DNA of 64,000 bases, taken from assembly GCA_963820525.1 (NCBI GenBank), contig CAWGAA010000003.1:512001-576000 (forward strand). Reading direction: 5' to 3'. Below are positions 19,878 to 31,137 of this stretch, piece by piece. This stretch comes from an uncultured Spirochaetota bacterium. Lineage in GTDB: Bacteria > Spirochaetota > Spirochaetia > SZUA-6 > Fen-1364. Every line of letters begins with the position of its first letter. Positions within the stretch are counted from its first letter, which is position 1. The position numbers were made by a program, and so were the translations under genes. The notes below the pieces were generated by a model that was not told the origin of the DNA, ran no database searches, and was given only the letters and a program-made list of their open reading frames with translations.

Positions 19878-21089
19878 CTACTTCAGGGTCTTGATGCAGG
19901 CTACGGCCGCGGCCTGCATGGCCTTGGCCGCGTCGGCCGCGCTCTTGGTGCCGGAGAACACAGCGTTCATCTCCGGCTTCATCGCGTCCCAGTTGCAGCG
20001 CATCTCGATGACCGAGGGCATGGGCGTGCCCAGGGCCATCTGCTCCGCGGAGCCCTTGAGGATCGGGTCGTTCTTGACCAACGGGTCGCTCAGCGCCGCG
20101 CGAAGGGCCGGCAGGCGGGTCAGCGTCTGGACCATGTCGATCTGGTTCTCGTAGTCGGTGTAGAACGAGATGAAGGCGATGTCCGCCTTCAAAGTGTCGC
20201 CGCTCACCGACTTGGGGATCATGAAGTACTTGCCGCTCGTGTAGGGGGCGGGCCACATCTTCGTGGCGCTCACCTGGGGAAGGGGCGCGACGCCCAGCTT
20301 GTCTCCCAAGAGCTTCCTATAGTCTCCCAGCGACCAGTCTCCGTTCACCAGCATGGCGGCCTTGCCCTCCTTGAAGAGGGTGTCGGCCGTGGCGTAGTCC
20401 GCCTCCTTGGGGGTGATTGCGTACTTGGCCTTCAGGTCGTAGAGGAATTGAAGCGCGCCAACCATCGCCTTTGTGTTCAGCGTGGGGGTCCTTCCGTCCT
20501 TGGCGAACACCTGTCCGCCGAATCCGCCGAGCCATGGCACCAGCCAGAACGGCTCGGTCTGGTTCCACACAATAGCGTAGTTGCCGTTCTTGGAGAGGGC
20601 CGGGCCCATTTTGATCAGCGCGTCGGTGTTCGCGGGGGGAGTCTTCACCAGGTCCTTGTTGTAGAGCAGCATGAGGTGGTTGCCGCTGGAGACGGGCACG
20701 CCCCATGTTTTGCCGCCGATGACCACGGAAGGAACGTACAGCTTGAGGTTGACGAGGGAGTCGACGGGCTGGATGACGTCCGCGACGCTGAACGGACCCG
20801 CGTGGTCGTTGACGGTAAGGAGAAGGTCGGGCGCCTGGCCCGCGAGGCTGGCGGCGAGGAAGTCCTGCCTGAGCGCCTCGGTCTCCTTGTTGAGAACGTC
20901 GAAGGTCACGTTCGGGTACTGGGCCGTGAAGGCGTCCGCGAGCTTCTTCACGAACTGAAACGCCCCTTCGGACTCGCCTTCCTGGGTCCAGAGCGCGATC
21001 TTCACATCTCCCGTCGGCACGACGGGGGCCGCGCCGAGCGCGCCCGCCGCGAGCGCGAAGGCCAAAAGAACACAAACCCATTTCTTCAT
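19878..21089 (-). CDS. malE: Maltose/maltodextrin-binding protein
   Basis: Signal peptide; LLYNKDLV, FKEGKAAMLVNGDW, GTPMP..EM..W. Confidence 0.85.
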   Translation of the reverse strand: MKKWVCVLLAFALAAGALGAAPVVPTGDVKIALWTQEGESEGAFQFVKKLADAFTAQYPNVTFDVLNKETEALRQDFLAASLAGQAPDLLLTVNDHAGPFSVADVIQPVDSLVNLKLYVPSVVIGGKTWGVPVSSGNHLMLLYNKDLVKTPPANTDALIKMGPALSKNGNYAIVWNQTEPFWLVPWLGGFGGQVFAKDGRTPTLNTKAMVGALQFLYDLKAKYAITPKEADYATADTLFKEGKAAMLVNGDWSLGDYRKLLGDKLGVAPLPQVSATKMWPAPYTSGKYFMIPKSVSGDTLKADIAFISFYTDYENQIDMVQTLTRLPALRAALSDPLVKNDPILKGSAEQMALGTPMPSVIEMRCNWDAMKPEMNAVFSGTKSAADAAKAMQAAAVACIKTLK

Positions 21090-21345
21090 TCGACACCTCC
21101 CTTACCGCCGCCGGGGCAGCCGCACACCCGGGGACGACCGCGCGGCCTCGATGAGCTTCCCTGTCCCATACCCTCCCCTTGGACGGCGGGAGGCGGGAAG
21201 CGAAGCCGATGCGGGCCGCTATGAAACGACGTGTGAGCCCGGCATACCGCCGGTTGAGTTCGTAAAGTTAGGGAAGCCTCGGGAAGGAGCGCTCGAGCGG
21301 CGCCCGCGGGAATGTCTTCGGGAGGCTTGCATTTTCCGTCCGAAG

Positions 21346-21402
21346 AATGTAACATTATGCAACCAGTTGTGCAAATAATACCAGAACGGCGGGAGTTGTC
21401 AA
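21346..21402 (-). promoter_or_regulatory. malE promoter with candidate LacI-family operator(s)
   Basis: Minus strand TTGACA (21402-21397), 16 bp spacer, TGG-TATTAT (21380-21375); adjacent palindromes CAAC-CA-GTTG (21360-21369) and AATGT-A-ACATT (21346-21356). Confidence 0.6.
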
Positions 21403-21424
21403 GCTGAATTTCGGGGAGGGGGGG

Positions 21425-22452
21425 ATGAGCCGCAAGAAGCGGGTGACCATCTACGACATCGCGCGGCGCGCCGGAGTCACGACCGCCACGGTTTCCCGGG
21501 TCATCAACGGAAAGCCCAGGATCTCCTCCCAGACGCGGGAGCGGGTCATGGCCATCATAAAGGAAGAACGCTATTTCCCCTCCGCGGCCGCTTCCGCGCT
21601 CAGGAGAAAATCATCCAAGGAGATCGGCATCCTCTCCCCTTTCTTCATCGGGGACTTCTTCCTGAAGATCTTCGAGAGCCTCCACAGACGGATGAAGGGC
21701 TACGACCTGATCCTCTACAATGCCCAGACCGCCGCGCATCGCCACGAGGTAATCCAGAGGATCGCCGCGGAGGAAAAGCTCTGCGGCCTGCTGGTGGTGA
21801 GCACGCCGATCCTGCTGGAGGAGGAGATCATCATCTCGGCGATGCGCATCCCCGTCGTCCTGGTGGAAGCCCGCCATCCCCTGTACAGCTCGGTGGACTA
21901 CGATCACCAGATCGGAGCCTTCAAGGCCGTGAGCCACCTCGTGGAGCTCGGCCACAGGCACATCGCCATGATCGGCGGAAAGCCCGAGCCGAGGCTGTAC
22001 TGGCCCATCGGAAAGGAGCGCCTCAAAGGCTATCACATGGCGCTGAAGGTGGCGGGAATCCGGGAGCGGCAGGACTATATCCTGCACGGGGAGTGGACCA
22101 GCGCGGACGCCCACGACGGCGCCATGCGGCTGCTCAAGCGAAAGGACCGCCCCACGGCAATATTCGCGACCTCGGATGTGCAGGCGGCGGGAGTCCTCAC
22201 GGCTGCGCGGGAGCTGGGCATCAGAGTGCCCGAGGAGCTTTCCGTGGTTGGATACGACAACATGCCTTTCAGCGAATACCTTTCGCTCACCACGATGTGG
22301 CAGCAGCACGACGCGCTGGCGCGCAATGCCGTGAACCTCCTGCTGGAGGAGCTGGAGACCGGGGTGCGCACCGGCGAGCGCATTGTGCTTCAGCCCGAGC
22401 TCATCGTGCGCTCGTCGACCATGCCGCCGAAGCCGCGGTCGGTGAAGCGCTC

Positions 22453-22456
<4 letters not shown>
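21425..22456 (+). CDS. LacI-family transcriptional regulator
   Basis: VTIYDIARRAGVTTATVSRVIN HTH; RPTAIFA, PEELSVVGYD. Confidence 0.95.
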
Positions 22457-24009
<1,553 letters not shown>

Positions 24010-24199
24010 CACGGCCCGGGGAGCGGACCCAAGGCCGCGCTCACGGCCGCGGCTAGAAACTCTCGCCGCCCAAGAGCCGGGCCGCCGCCCGGCTGCGGTT
24101 GAGGCTCGCGCTGTCCAAATGCCGGGCCCGCCGGGCCGCGCAGTCTTGCGCGCAAGCTTGAATCCAGAATATCCTGTGTCAATGAAGGGTACCCTGAAC

Positions 24200-24829
24200 A
24201 TGGTTGACTACCTGCTTCATTTCTACAGAATCGGCGCCGATCCCTTCCGCAGCCTGTCGTCTCTGTCAGATGAGAATGCGATAGAACGGATGAGAGAGCT
24301 CTATATCGAGGGATCGATCTTCTGGGAAAGATTCAAGGATCCCCATGATTACCTTCAGTTCCGCAAGGGCATCGAGAGCTGGATGTACCGGGAGTTCAAG
24401 GCAAAGGGGGGCGACCCGAAAGAAACCTATCCCATCTACCTTGTCCTGGGAAGGCCGAAGTGGACGGTGCAGGCTGTGGATTCCGTGACGCTCGCCACAA
24501 CCAACGAGGTCCAGGTTCCGCTTTCCATCTTCACGGAACGCGACATAAGCTTCACCTATCCCGATAGCATGGTGAGCACGTTCCTGGCCAATGACAAACC
24601 TGCCGAGTATTACCTGCCCGACTATCATGGCAAGATTTTCACGCTTTCCGAGATACGCTCCATTGTCGAGCGCAACGGACTTCCCGGTGAGGGCTGGGAC
24701 GCGAACCTCCCAAGCAGGCTCGCCAACTACATCGAAGCGCAGGTGTGGAATCACAAGCTTCTCCGGGATTATTTCCAGCTCACGAAGCCGGCTCAACCGC
24801 CGGCGCCTCAATCCATGGATGCATCATGA
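24200..24829 (+). CDS. Conserved-looking hypothetical protein (ISFTYPDS, YIEAQVW motifs)
   Basis: Natural composition; ATGA overlap with the next gene; start 24182 or 24200. Confidence 0.7.
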   Translation: MVDYLLHFYRIGADPFRSLSSLSDENAIERMRELYIEGSIFWERFKDPHDYLQFRKGIESWMYREFKAKGGDPKETYPIYLVLGRPKWTVQAVDSVTLATTNEVQVPLSIFTERDISFTYPDSMVSTFLANDKPAEYYLPDYHGKIFTLSEIRSIVERNGLPGEGWDANLPSRLANYIEAQVWNHKLLRDYFQLTKPAQPPAPQSMDAS

Positions 24830-25776
24830 CAATAACGAGCCCTACTCTCGACGACGTCCGCCAGGCCGCCCGGCGAATCCGCCCTCACGCTCATCGCACC
24901 CCCGTTCTCACCTGCGCCAGCCTCGACGCCCAGGTGGGCGCGCGCCTGTTCCTGAAATGCGAGAACCTCCAGAAAGTGGGAGCGTTCAAATTCCGCGGCG
25001 CCTGCAATGCCGTCTTCGCGCTTTCGGATGACGAGGCGGCGCGCGGCGTCTCGACCCACTCCTCCGGCAATCATGCCCAGGCGCTCGCGCTGGCGGCGCG
25101 GCTCCGGGGCATCCCGGCCTACATCGTCATGCCAGACAACGCTCCCGTTGTGAAGAAAGCGGCGGTCGCCGGCTACGGCGGACGGATCACCTTTTGCGCG
25201 CCCACCCTCGAAGCCCGGGAAAGCACGCTTGTCCGGGTGGTGGCCGAGACCGGCGCCGCGGTAGTCCATCCCTACAACAACTTTTTTGTCATCGCGGGGC
25301 AGGGCACGGCCGCGCTCGAGCTCCTGGAGGATGTGCCGGACCTGGATATCGTCATGGCGCCCGTGGGCGGCGGCGGGCTTTTGAGCGGGACCGCGATCGC
25401 GGTCACCGAAATGAATCCCCGCATCCGCGTCGTTGCGGCAGAGCCCGAGCAGGCGGACGACGCCTGCCGCTCCCTGCAAGCGGGACGCATCATTGCGTCG
25501 GTGAATCCCCGCACTGTCGCGGACGGGCTTTTGACGTCGCTTGGCGACCTTACGTTCCCCATCATCCAGAAGCGGGTGGAGCGGATCGTAACCGCGAGCG
25601 AAGCGGCAATAGTAGCTGCAATGAAATACGTCTGGGAGAGGGCGAAAATTGTCATCGAGCCGTCCGCGGCCGTGCCCATCGGCGCGCTGATGGAGCGGAG
25701 GATTGACGCAGCCGGCCTGCGGGTGGGCGTCATCCTGTCCGGCGGCAACGTGGATCTGAACAGGCTGCCGTGGTGA
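24826..25776 (+). CDS. PLP-dependent serine/threonine dehydratase (serine racemase-like)
   Basis: KCENLQKVGAFKFRGA, SSGNHAQ, PVGGGGL, LSGGN. Confidence 0.92.
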   Translation: MTITSPTLDDVRQAARRIRPHAHRTPVLTCASLDAQVGARLFLKCENLQKVGAFKFRGACNAVFALSDDEAARGVSTHSSGNHAQALALAARLRGIPAYIVMPDNAPVVKKAAVAGYGGRITFCAPTLEARESTLVRVVAETGAAVVHPYNNFFVIAGQGTAALELLEDVPDLDIVMAPVGGGGLLSGTAIAVTEMNPRIRVVAAEPEQADDACRSLQAGRIIASVNPRTVADGLLTSLGDLTFPIIQKRVERIVTASEAAIVAAMKYVWERAKIVIEPSAAVPIGALMERRIDAAGLRVGVILSGGNVDLNRLPW

Positions 25777-27107
25777 AGCAGAAGATCCTTTTCCGCTGCA
25801 AGTCCTGCGGGCACCAGGAATCCAAGTGGCTGGGCCGCTGCCCGTCCTGCGGCGCGTGGAACAGCTTCACGGAGACGGCCGCGGAGGCCTCGCCGGCGCC
25901 CCGGGATGGGAAGCTTCCCATCCCGCTTCCCGCCATCGAGAACAGGGACGGAATGCGCATGGACTCCGGGATCGCGGAGCTCAACCGGGTCCTGGGCGGG
26001 GGCGTGATGCGGGGTTCCTCCGTGCTCGTGGGGGGAGAGCCGGGCATCGGGAAGTCCACCCTCATGCTTCAGGCCGCGGCGCGGCTCGTTTCACCGGGAA
26101 GGGTGGTTTACGTGTCGGGCGAGGAGTCTCCGGGACAGCTTCGCATGAGGGCGGACCGCGTCGGGGCGGTCTCCCCGCGCATCGAAGTGCTGGCGGAAAC
26201 CGAGCTCACGGCCGTGATGCAGGCCCTGGAGCAGGCCAAGCCTGTCCTGGTCATCGTGGATTCCATCCAGACCCTCTACAGCCGCGAGGTGAACGCGCTT
26301 CCCGGCACCGTCAACCAGATCAAGACGTGCACCCAGGAGATGGTGGACTGGGCAAAGGACCGGGGAGCGGCGCTCTTCCTCGTGGCTCACGTCACCAAGG
26401 AAGGCATAATCGCGGGTCCCAAGCTCGTGGAGCATCTCGTTGACACCGTGGTATCCTTCGAGCAGGCAAGCGCCGAGGTGCGGACGCTCCAGGCAGTGAA
26501 GAACCGCTTCGGAAGCGTGGATGAGATCGGCTTTTTCAGCATGACGGAGACGGGCCTTGCGGAGATCGAGGACTCGGCGAGCCTTTTTCTCAGCCACCGC
26601 TCGGGGGACCAGCCCGCCGGCGTGGCCGTGGCGCCCGTATTCGAAGGCTCCCGCGTGCTTCTGGTCGAGATCCAGAGCCTCGTGGTCCCGGCCAAGAGCG
26701 GGATTTCACGGATCTACTCCGATAGGATCGACTCCGGCCGTGTGGCGCGCGTGGCCGCCGTGCTGGAAAAGCACCTCGGAGTCAGGCTCTCGGATCTCGA
26801 TATCTACGTGAACGTCGCGGGCGGCATCCGCATCGGCGAAGTGGGCGTGGAGCTGCCCATTGCCCTGGCCCTGTATTCGGCCCATACGGGAAGGCCGCTC
26901 CCCGCGGGCATGGCGGTGGTGGGAGAGGTGAGCCTGGCCGGGGAAGTGAGGCCCGTCAGCGGCCTGGAGAAACGCCTGCGGGCGGCCGAGGAGATGGGAT
27001 TCTCGATAGTGATGGGTCCCGCGCCGCGCGGCCGGGAGCGTTCGCCGGGCAAGGGGCTTCGGGAGGTTTCCGAGATCAAGGGCGCCGTCGCATCGGCGTT
27101 CGGATAG
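25773..27107 (+). CDS. radA: DNA repair protein RadA/Sms
   Basis: C4 Zn finger, GEPGIGKST, KNRFG motif, Lon-like C-terminus. Confidence 0.95.
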   Translation: MKQKILFRCKSCGHQESKWLGRCPSCGAWNSFTETAAEASPAPRDGKLPIPLPAIENRDGMRMDSGIAELNRVLGGGVMRGSSVLVGGEPGIGKSTLMLQAAARLVSPGRVVYVSGEESPGQLRMRADRVGAVSPRIEVLAETELTAVMQALEQAKPVLVIVDSIQTLYSREVNALPGTVNQIKTCTQEMVDWAKDRGAALFLVAHVTKEGIIAGPKLVEHLVDTVVSFEQASAEVRTLQAVKNRFGSVDEIGFFSMTETGLAEIEDSASLFLSHRSGDQPAGVAVAPVFEGSRVLLVEIQSLVVPAKSGISRIYSDRIDSGRVARVAAVLEKHLGVRLSDLDIYVNVAGGIRIGEVGVELPIALALYSAHTGRPLPAGMAVVGEVSLAGEVRPVSGLEKRLRAAEEMGFSIVMGPAPRGRERSPGKGLREVSEIKGAVASAFG

Positions 27108-27190
27108 GGCGGCCTGTGCCTTGGGGCCGCCCGGCCTGGGGCGCCGGAAGCGGCCTGCCCTCTCGGCGCGACCCCGGCCGCCGGCTCCAC

Positions 27191-28888
27191 CTATATCTTT
27201 TTCACCAGCCCATCCAGTTGCTCGATGATCGTATCGTTGTTCTGGACCACGGAATTGAACGAACTGGAAAGCGTGTTGATGTTGCCGCATTGGGCAACCT
27301 GGTCCTGCGTCAGTCCCGAGACGTTGTCGGCCTGCTTCTTCAGTTGATTGACGGAAGCGACCAGCCCCGTGCTTCCCTCAGACTGCCTGATCGACGCATC
27401 CTTCACCTGCCCCGTTATGTTCTCCAGGCTGGAAAGGCTCTTGATGATCTCGTTGACGGTCCGAAGCTCCTCCTCCATGGCGTTCTGGATCGTGGAGTTG
27501 ATCCCCTTGGTCTGGTCAGCATCGCTTAAGATGCTCTGGAGCTTTTCGTTGGCCTGCTGGGCAAGCGCCGTGATGTTCTGGATCCGGGTGAGGATGTCCT
27601 TGAGGATGTCCCCGATCTGCTTCGCATTGGAGCCGGAAGTCTCGGCGAGGCGGCGGATCTCGTCCGCCACGACGGCAAAGCCCCTCCCCGCTTCACCGGC
27701 ATGGGCCGCTTCTATGGCGGCGTTCATGGAAAGCAGGTTCGTCGTGGCGGCGATCCCCGTGATCAGGCCGACGATCTCCTCGATCTGCCTGCTGGACTTC
27801 TCCGTCTCGATGATTGCATTGTAAACCTCGCTCACGGCTCCTCCGCCGTCCTTGGCGGCGCTGAAGAGATTCTGGGCAACGGCGCTCGCCTTCTGGGAGG
27901 TGTCGGTGATCGTTCGGATCGAGCTCTCCATCTCCGCGATCGCCGCCGCCGTCTCTCCCACCAGGAAAGACTGCTCCTTGATGTTGCCGGTGACCGCCTC
28001 GATGGAGCGGATCATGTCCGTCACGGTCTTGGAGGTCGCCTCGATGATGCCGTACTCGGCGCTGGTTTCGTCCCCGATCTTCCGGGATGAGCCGACCATC
28101 TCCCCGATCCGCTCGGAGAACTCCTTGTAGGTCTTGGAGAGCGCCTTGCCCGATGAAAGGAGGTTTTCTGACACCTGCTTCACGTTGTCGACGAACACCT
28201 CCTTGAGCCTCTCCCTCTCGATGGAGGTTTCTATCTGGTCCTTCACCGTCCTGTTGAACCGCCGCGCGAGGGAGGAGAGCAGGATTGCGGTGAGCAGGAA
28301 TGCCACGGGCTTGATGATCTCGTCGTCCCAGTCCAGGCGGACAATTTGCGAAAATGCGTTGGTGAAGAACTTTCCGTCGTCCTGGAAGATCATCAGGATG
28401 CTCAGGGAACGAAAGGAAAGCGCGAGGTACGAGATGGCTGCATAGATGCCCATGAAGAGCACGGAGGAGGAGGAGTTTCGAAACGCGCACAGGGCAAGGA
28501 ACACGAAATAGAGAAAGGTGGGCGCGCCGGTGATGATGAGAGAGACACCAGGGTAGGTCGCGTTGGCGAACATGATGATGTTGAGAAGGGTGACCTCGAT
28601 GAACGGGGACAGGTATTTGATCGAGTTGAAATACCTGTCCCTCTTGAGCTGGCGGAGGATCCACAGGGTATAGATGAGGGCCGCCACCAGGCAGAGGAGC
28701 TCTATGGAGAACGTGGCGTCGCCCATCGCCTTCACAACCCCCGCCTCGGCGGCCTTTTTCAGGAATACCAGCAGGATGAAGAGGCTGAGGGGCACCATCA
28801 GGATCAGACGCGTGATCGCGATGAGCCTTTCTCCCTGCATCCGGGCACGCAGTATCGACTCTTGCGCCATCCGTGAGATTTCTTGCAT
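27191..28888 (-). CDS. Methyl-accepting chemotaxis protein with multi-TM N-terminus
   Basis: TNLLSMNAAIEAAHAGEAGRGFAVVADEIRRLAE; SD AAGGAG supports ATG 28888. Confidence 0.92.
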   Translation of the reverse strand: MQEISRMAQESILRARMQGERLIAITRLILMVPLSLFILLVFLKKAAEAGVVKAMGDATFSIELLCLVAALIYTLWILRQLKRDRYFNSIKYLSPFIEVTLLNIIMFANATYPGVSLIITGAPTFLYFVFLALCAFRNSSSSVLFMGIYAAISYLALSFRSLSILMIFQDDGKFFTNAFSQIVRLDWDDEIIKPVAFLLTAILLSSLARRFNRTVKDQIETSIERERLKEVFVDNVKQVSENLLSSGKALSKTYKEFSERIGEMVGSSRKIGDETSAEYGIIEATSKTVTDMIRSIEAVTGNIKEQSFLVGETAAAIAEMESSIRTITDTSQKASAVAQNLFSAAKDGGGAVSEVYNAIIETEKSSRQIEEIVGLITGIAATTNLLSMNAAIEAAHAGEAGRGFAVVADEIRRLAETSGSNAKQIGDILKDILTRIQNITALAQQANEKLQSILSDADQTKGINSTIQNAMEEELRTVNEIIKSLSSLENITGQVKDASIRQSEGSTGLVASVNQLKKQADNVSGLTQDQVAQCGNINTLSSSFNSVVQNNDTIIEQLDGLVKKI

Positions 28889-28984
28889 GTGCCGCACTCC
28901 TTCTTGACATTCAATTATAGACGGATAGCGGCATGAAAGAAAGGTTGGCGGAGGCCGTTTTTTTTACGAAGCCGATGAACCGCG

Positions 28985-29240
28985 CTACCGCCGCCGAGCG
29001 CCGGGGACGCGCTGGAAAGCCCGATTCGCCAGCAGATCCACGTACTGGGCGCGAGCTTTCTTATCCCGCAGGTCGATGCCGATGCCGCGCTTGAAAAGCC
29101 CCGGCATGATGCCGGGAAGCATGATTGCGCTCATCATCTGGATCAGCACGCAGGCGATCTCGCGCTCCGTCGTTTCCGGGAATCTGAGGCGCATTCTCCG
29201 CGCAAGGGGGGTGAGGAACGCGTTGAGCCTGCGGATGACC
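28985..29240 (-). pseudogene. 3' remnant of a probable TetR-like regulator gene
   Basis: Helical C-terminal segment (RRLNAFLTPLARR..QYVDLLANRAF) with no 5' end; upstream sequence is the antisense of an SDR gene. Confidence 0.4.
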
Positions 29241-29830
29241 TCTCCTCGCAGGAGGAGGTCCGATCCCTGGCCCGCCGTGTCCGCCTTGGCCTGGACCATC
29301 TCGATGTCCTGGTGAACAACGCGGGAGTCTTCAGCTCCGCCTACAGGGAGAGCGCGGACGGGATCGAGCTTCAGTTCGCCGTGAACCACCTCGCCGCTTT
29401 CCTGCTTACCGGCGAGCTCCTTGCCCACCTGGAGGCCGCCCCGCGCGCCCGCGTCATCTGCGTGAGCTCGGGCTCGCATTTCACCGGCCGCATCCATTGG
29501 GAGAATGTCTGCCTCACAGGGCGCTACTTCGGCCTTGCCGCATACGATCAGTCAAAGCTGGCCGCCCTGCTCTTCAGCTACGAGCTCGCCTGCCGGTTGG
29601 GGCCGTCCAGCACGGTGAGCACCTACGCGGTGGACCCCGGGCTGGTGAAGACCGATATCGCCGCGAAGGGGGGAGGGCCCCTGGTGACATTGATCTGGCG
29701 GCTTCGGAGGCGAAAGGGAATCAGCCCCCAGGAGGCGGCGGACTCCATCGTCTTTCTCGCCTCCCGCCCCGAGGTCGAGGATGACACCGGGATGTATTGG
29801 AAGGAGCGAAGCGCGGCGCGCCGATTGTCG
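29237..29830 (+). pseudogene. Truncated short-chain dehydrogenase/reductase (retinol-dehydrogenase-like)
   Basis: DLSSQEEVRSLA, LDVLVNNAG, FAVNHL, YDQSKLA, DPGLVKT; lacks start codon and TGxxxGxG; C-terminus runs into the antisense of the next gene. Confidence 0.75.
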
Positions 29831-29854
29831 GCCCCTCTCCTGGGAGGCGCTCTC

Positions 29855-30772
29855 CTACCTGGCGAACGCCAGAAAGGGATTCCGCTGGGTGAGCCCACAG
29901 ATCGTGTCGCCGTCCAGCCCGGAGGACGCCAGCGCGGGAAGAAACTTCTCCAGCAGATACGTGTAGGGCTTCTGTTCCCCGCCCCGGGATTTGGCGGGAT
30001 CGAAATGGCCCCTGTCCTGGCTGAGAAGAAGCTGATCTCCCATGCCGGAGTCGAGCATCCGGTGAATCCGCTCGATGAAGAAACGCTCGGAGTCGGGAGC
30101 GCCGATGGCATCGTATTCGATCCATGCCCCGCGGCGCGCCGCGGCCAGGTTGGTCTCGAAGTCCTCTTCGATGTGGGCATGGATCCAGATGAACCGATCG
30201 GGGGACAGGCCGAGGGACTCGATGATCCGAAGCTCCTCCATCACGACGCCGCCCATGAGGGTGTGGCTGCCGATCACGGCGCCCGTCTCCCGAGCCGCCC
30301 GGGCCGCTGCGCGAAGGACCTTGGTCTCCGTCGGGGTGAGGCCGTTGTCTCCGGCGCTCAGCTTGATCCATCCGGCGCGTATGCCGCTCTTTTCGATTTC
30401 ATCTTCCAGCTCGCCGCGCATCCATTCGAAGAGGGCGTCCTCATCGGCGGCGTGCACCCAGGAAGGGACCCACGGCTCACGATACACTCCGGTGGGGACC
30501 ACCAGGGGAAGCTGGGACGCCTCGGACACGGCCCGCAGGATGTCGGCGCGCCTGCCGACGCCGACCGTGCTCGCCTCGGCGATGACGCCGATTCCCTGCC
30601 GCCGCGCCTGCTCCAGCATGGGAGCCATGATCTTCACCACTTCATCGGTCCGTGCTTCCGCGTGACCGCGCGTGCCCGGCGTTCTCAGATCCACGAAAAC
30701 GTGCTCGTGGGGGAGAAACGTGCAGGCTGTGCACTCATCGATGGGGCCGAGCGTTGTCATTACGTGCGCCAT
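29855..30772 (-). CDS. Phosphotriesterase-family metallohydrolase
   Basis: PHEH, GWIK, IGSHT, WIHA, LLSQD; start ATG 30772. Confidence 0.88.
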   Translation of the reverse strand: MAHVMTTLGPIDECTACTFLPHEHVFVDLRTPGTRGHAEARTDEVVKIMAPMLEQARRQGIGVIAEASTVGVGRRADILRAVSEASQLPLVVPTGVYREPWVPSWVHAADEDALFEWMRGELEDEIEKSGIRAGWIKLSAGDNGLTPTETKVLRAAARAARETGAVIGSHTLMGGVVMEELRIIESLGLSPDRFIWIHAHIEEDFETNLAAARRGAWIEYDAIGAPDSERFFIERIHRMLDSGMGDQLLLSQDRGHFDPAKSRGGEQKPYTYLLEKFLPALASSGLDGDTICGLTQRNPFLAFAR

Positions 30773-30915
30773 GGACCCTTCCTTTTTCACTGAACGAGGG
30801 TCGGGAAGCATGTGTGCCTCCTCTTCCTCAAATGTAGCGTAATTCCGTGTCTCCTTCCAACGTGGCGGCCGAACACGGCGTCACCCCGATGTCATCAACC
30901 ATCCCGTGCGGACCC

Positions 30916-31083
30916 TATCCGCTGGAGATCGAGGTGGATGGCAATGTCAGCCGGGACAACATCCCGCGCAAGATCGCGGCGGGCGCGAACGTCCATGTGG
31001 CCGGAAGCTCCTCGCTGTTCGACGGCGCGGGCCGGGCGGCGAACATCAGGCGGCTGCGGACGCTCCTTGACCGGGCGGCGTAA
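30916..31083 (+). pseudogene. C-terminal remnant of a ribulose-phosphate 3-epimerase family gene
   Basis: IEVDGNVS..AGANVHVAGSSSLF; N-terminal three quarters absent. Confidence 0.7.
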
Positions 31084-31137
31084 TGAAGGCCGCCGCCCCG
31101 CCCGCCGATGGATGCCCGTCTTAAGCGATGCGGGGCC

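Noticed and set aside
29312..30793. 493-aa 'SDR fusion' ORF
   Set aside because: Only the first ~170 aa are SDR; the rest is antisense to the phosphotriesterase gene
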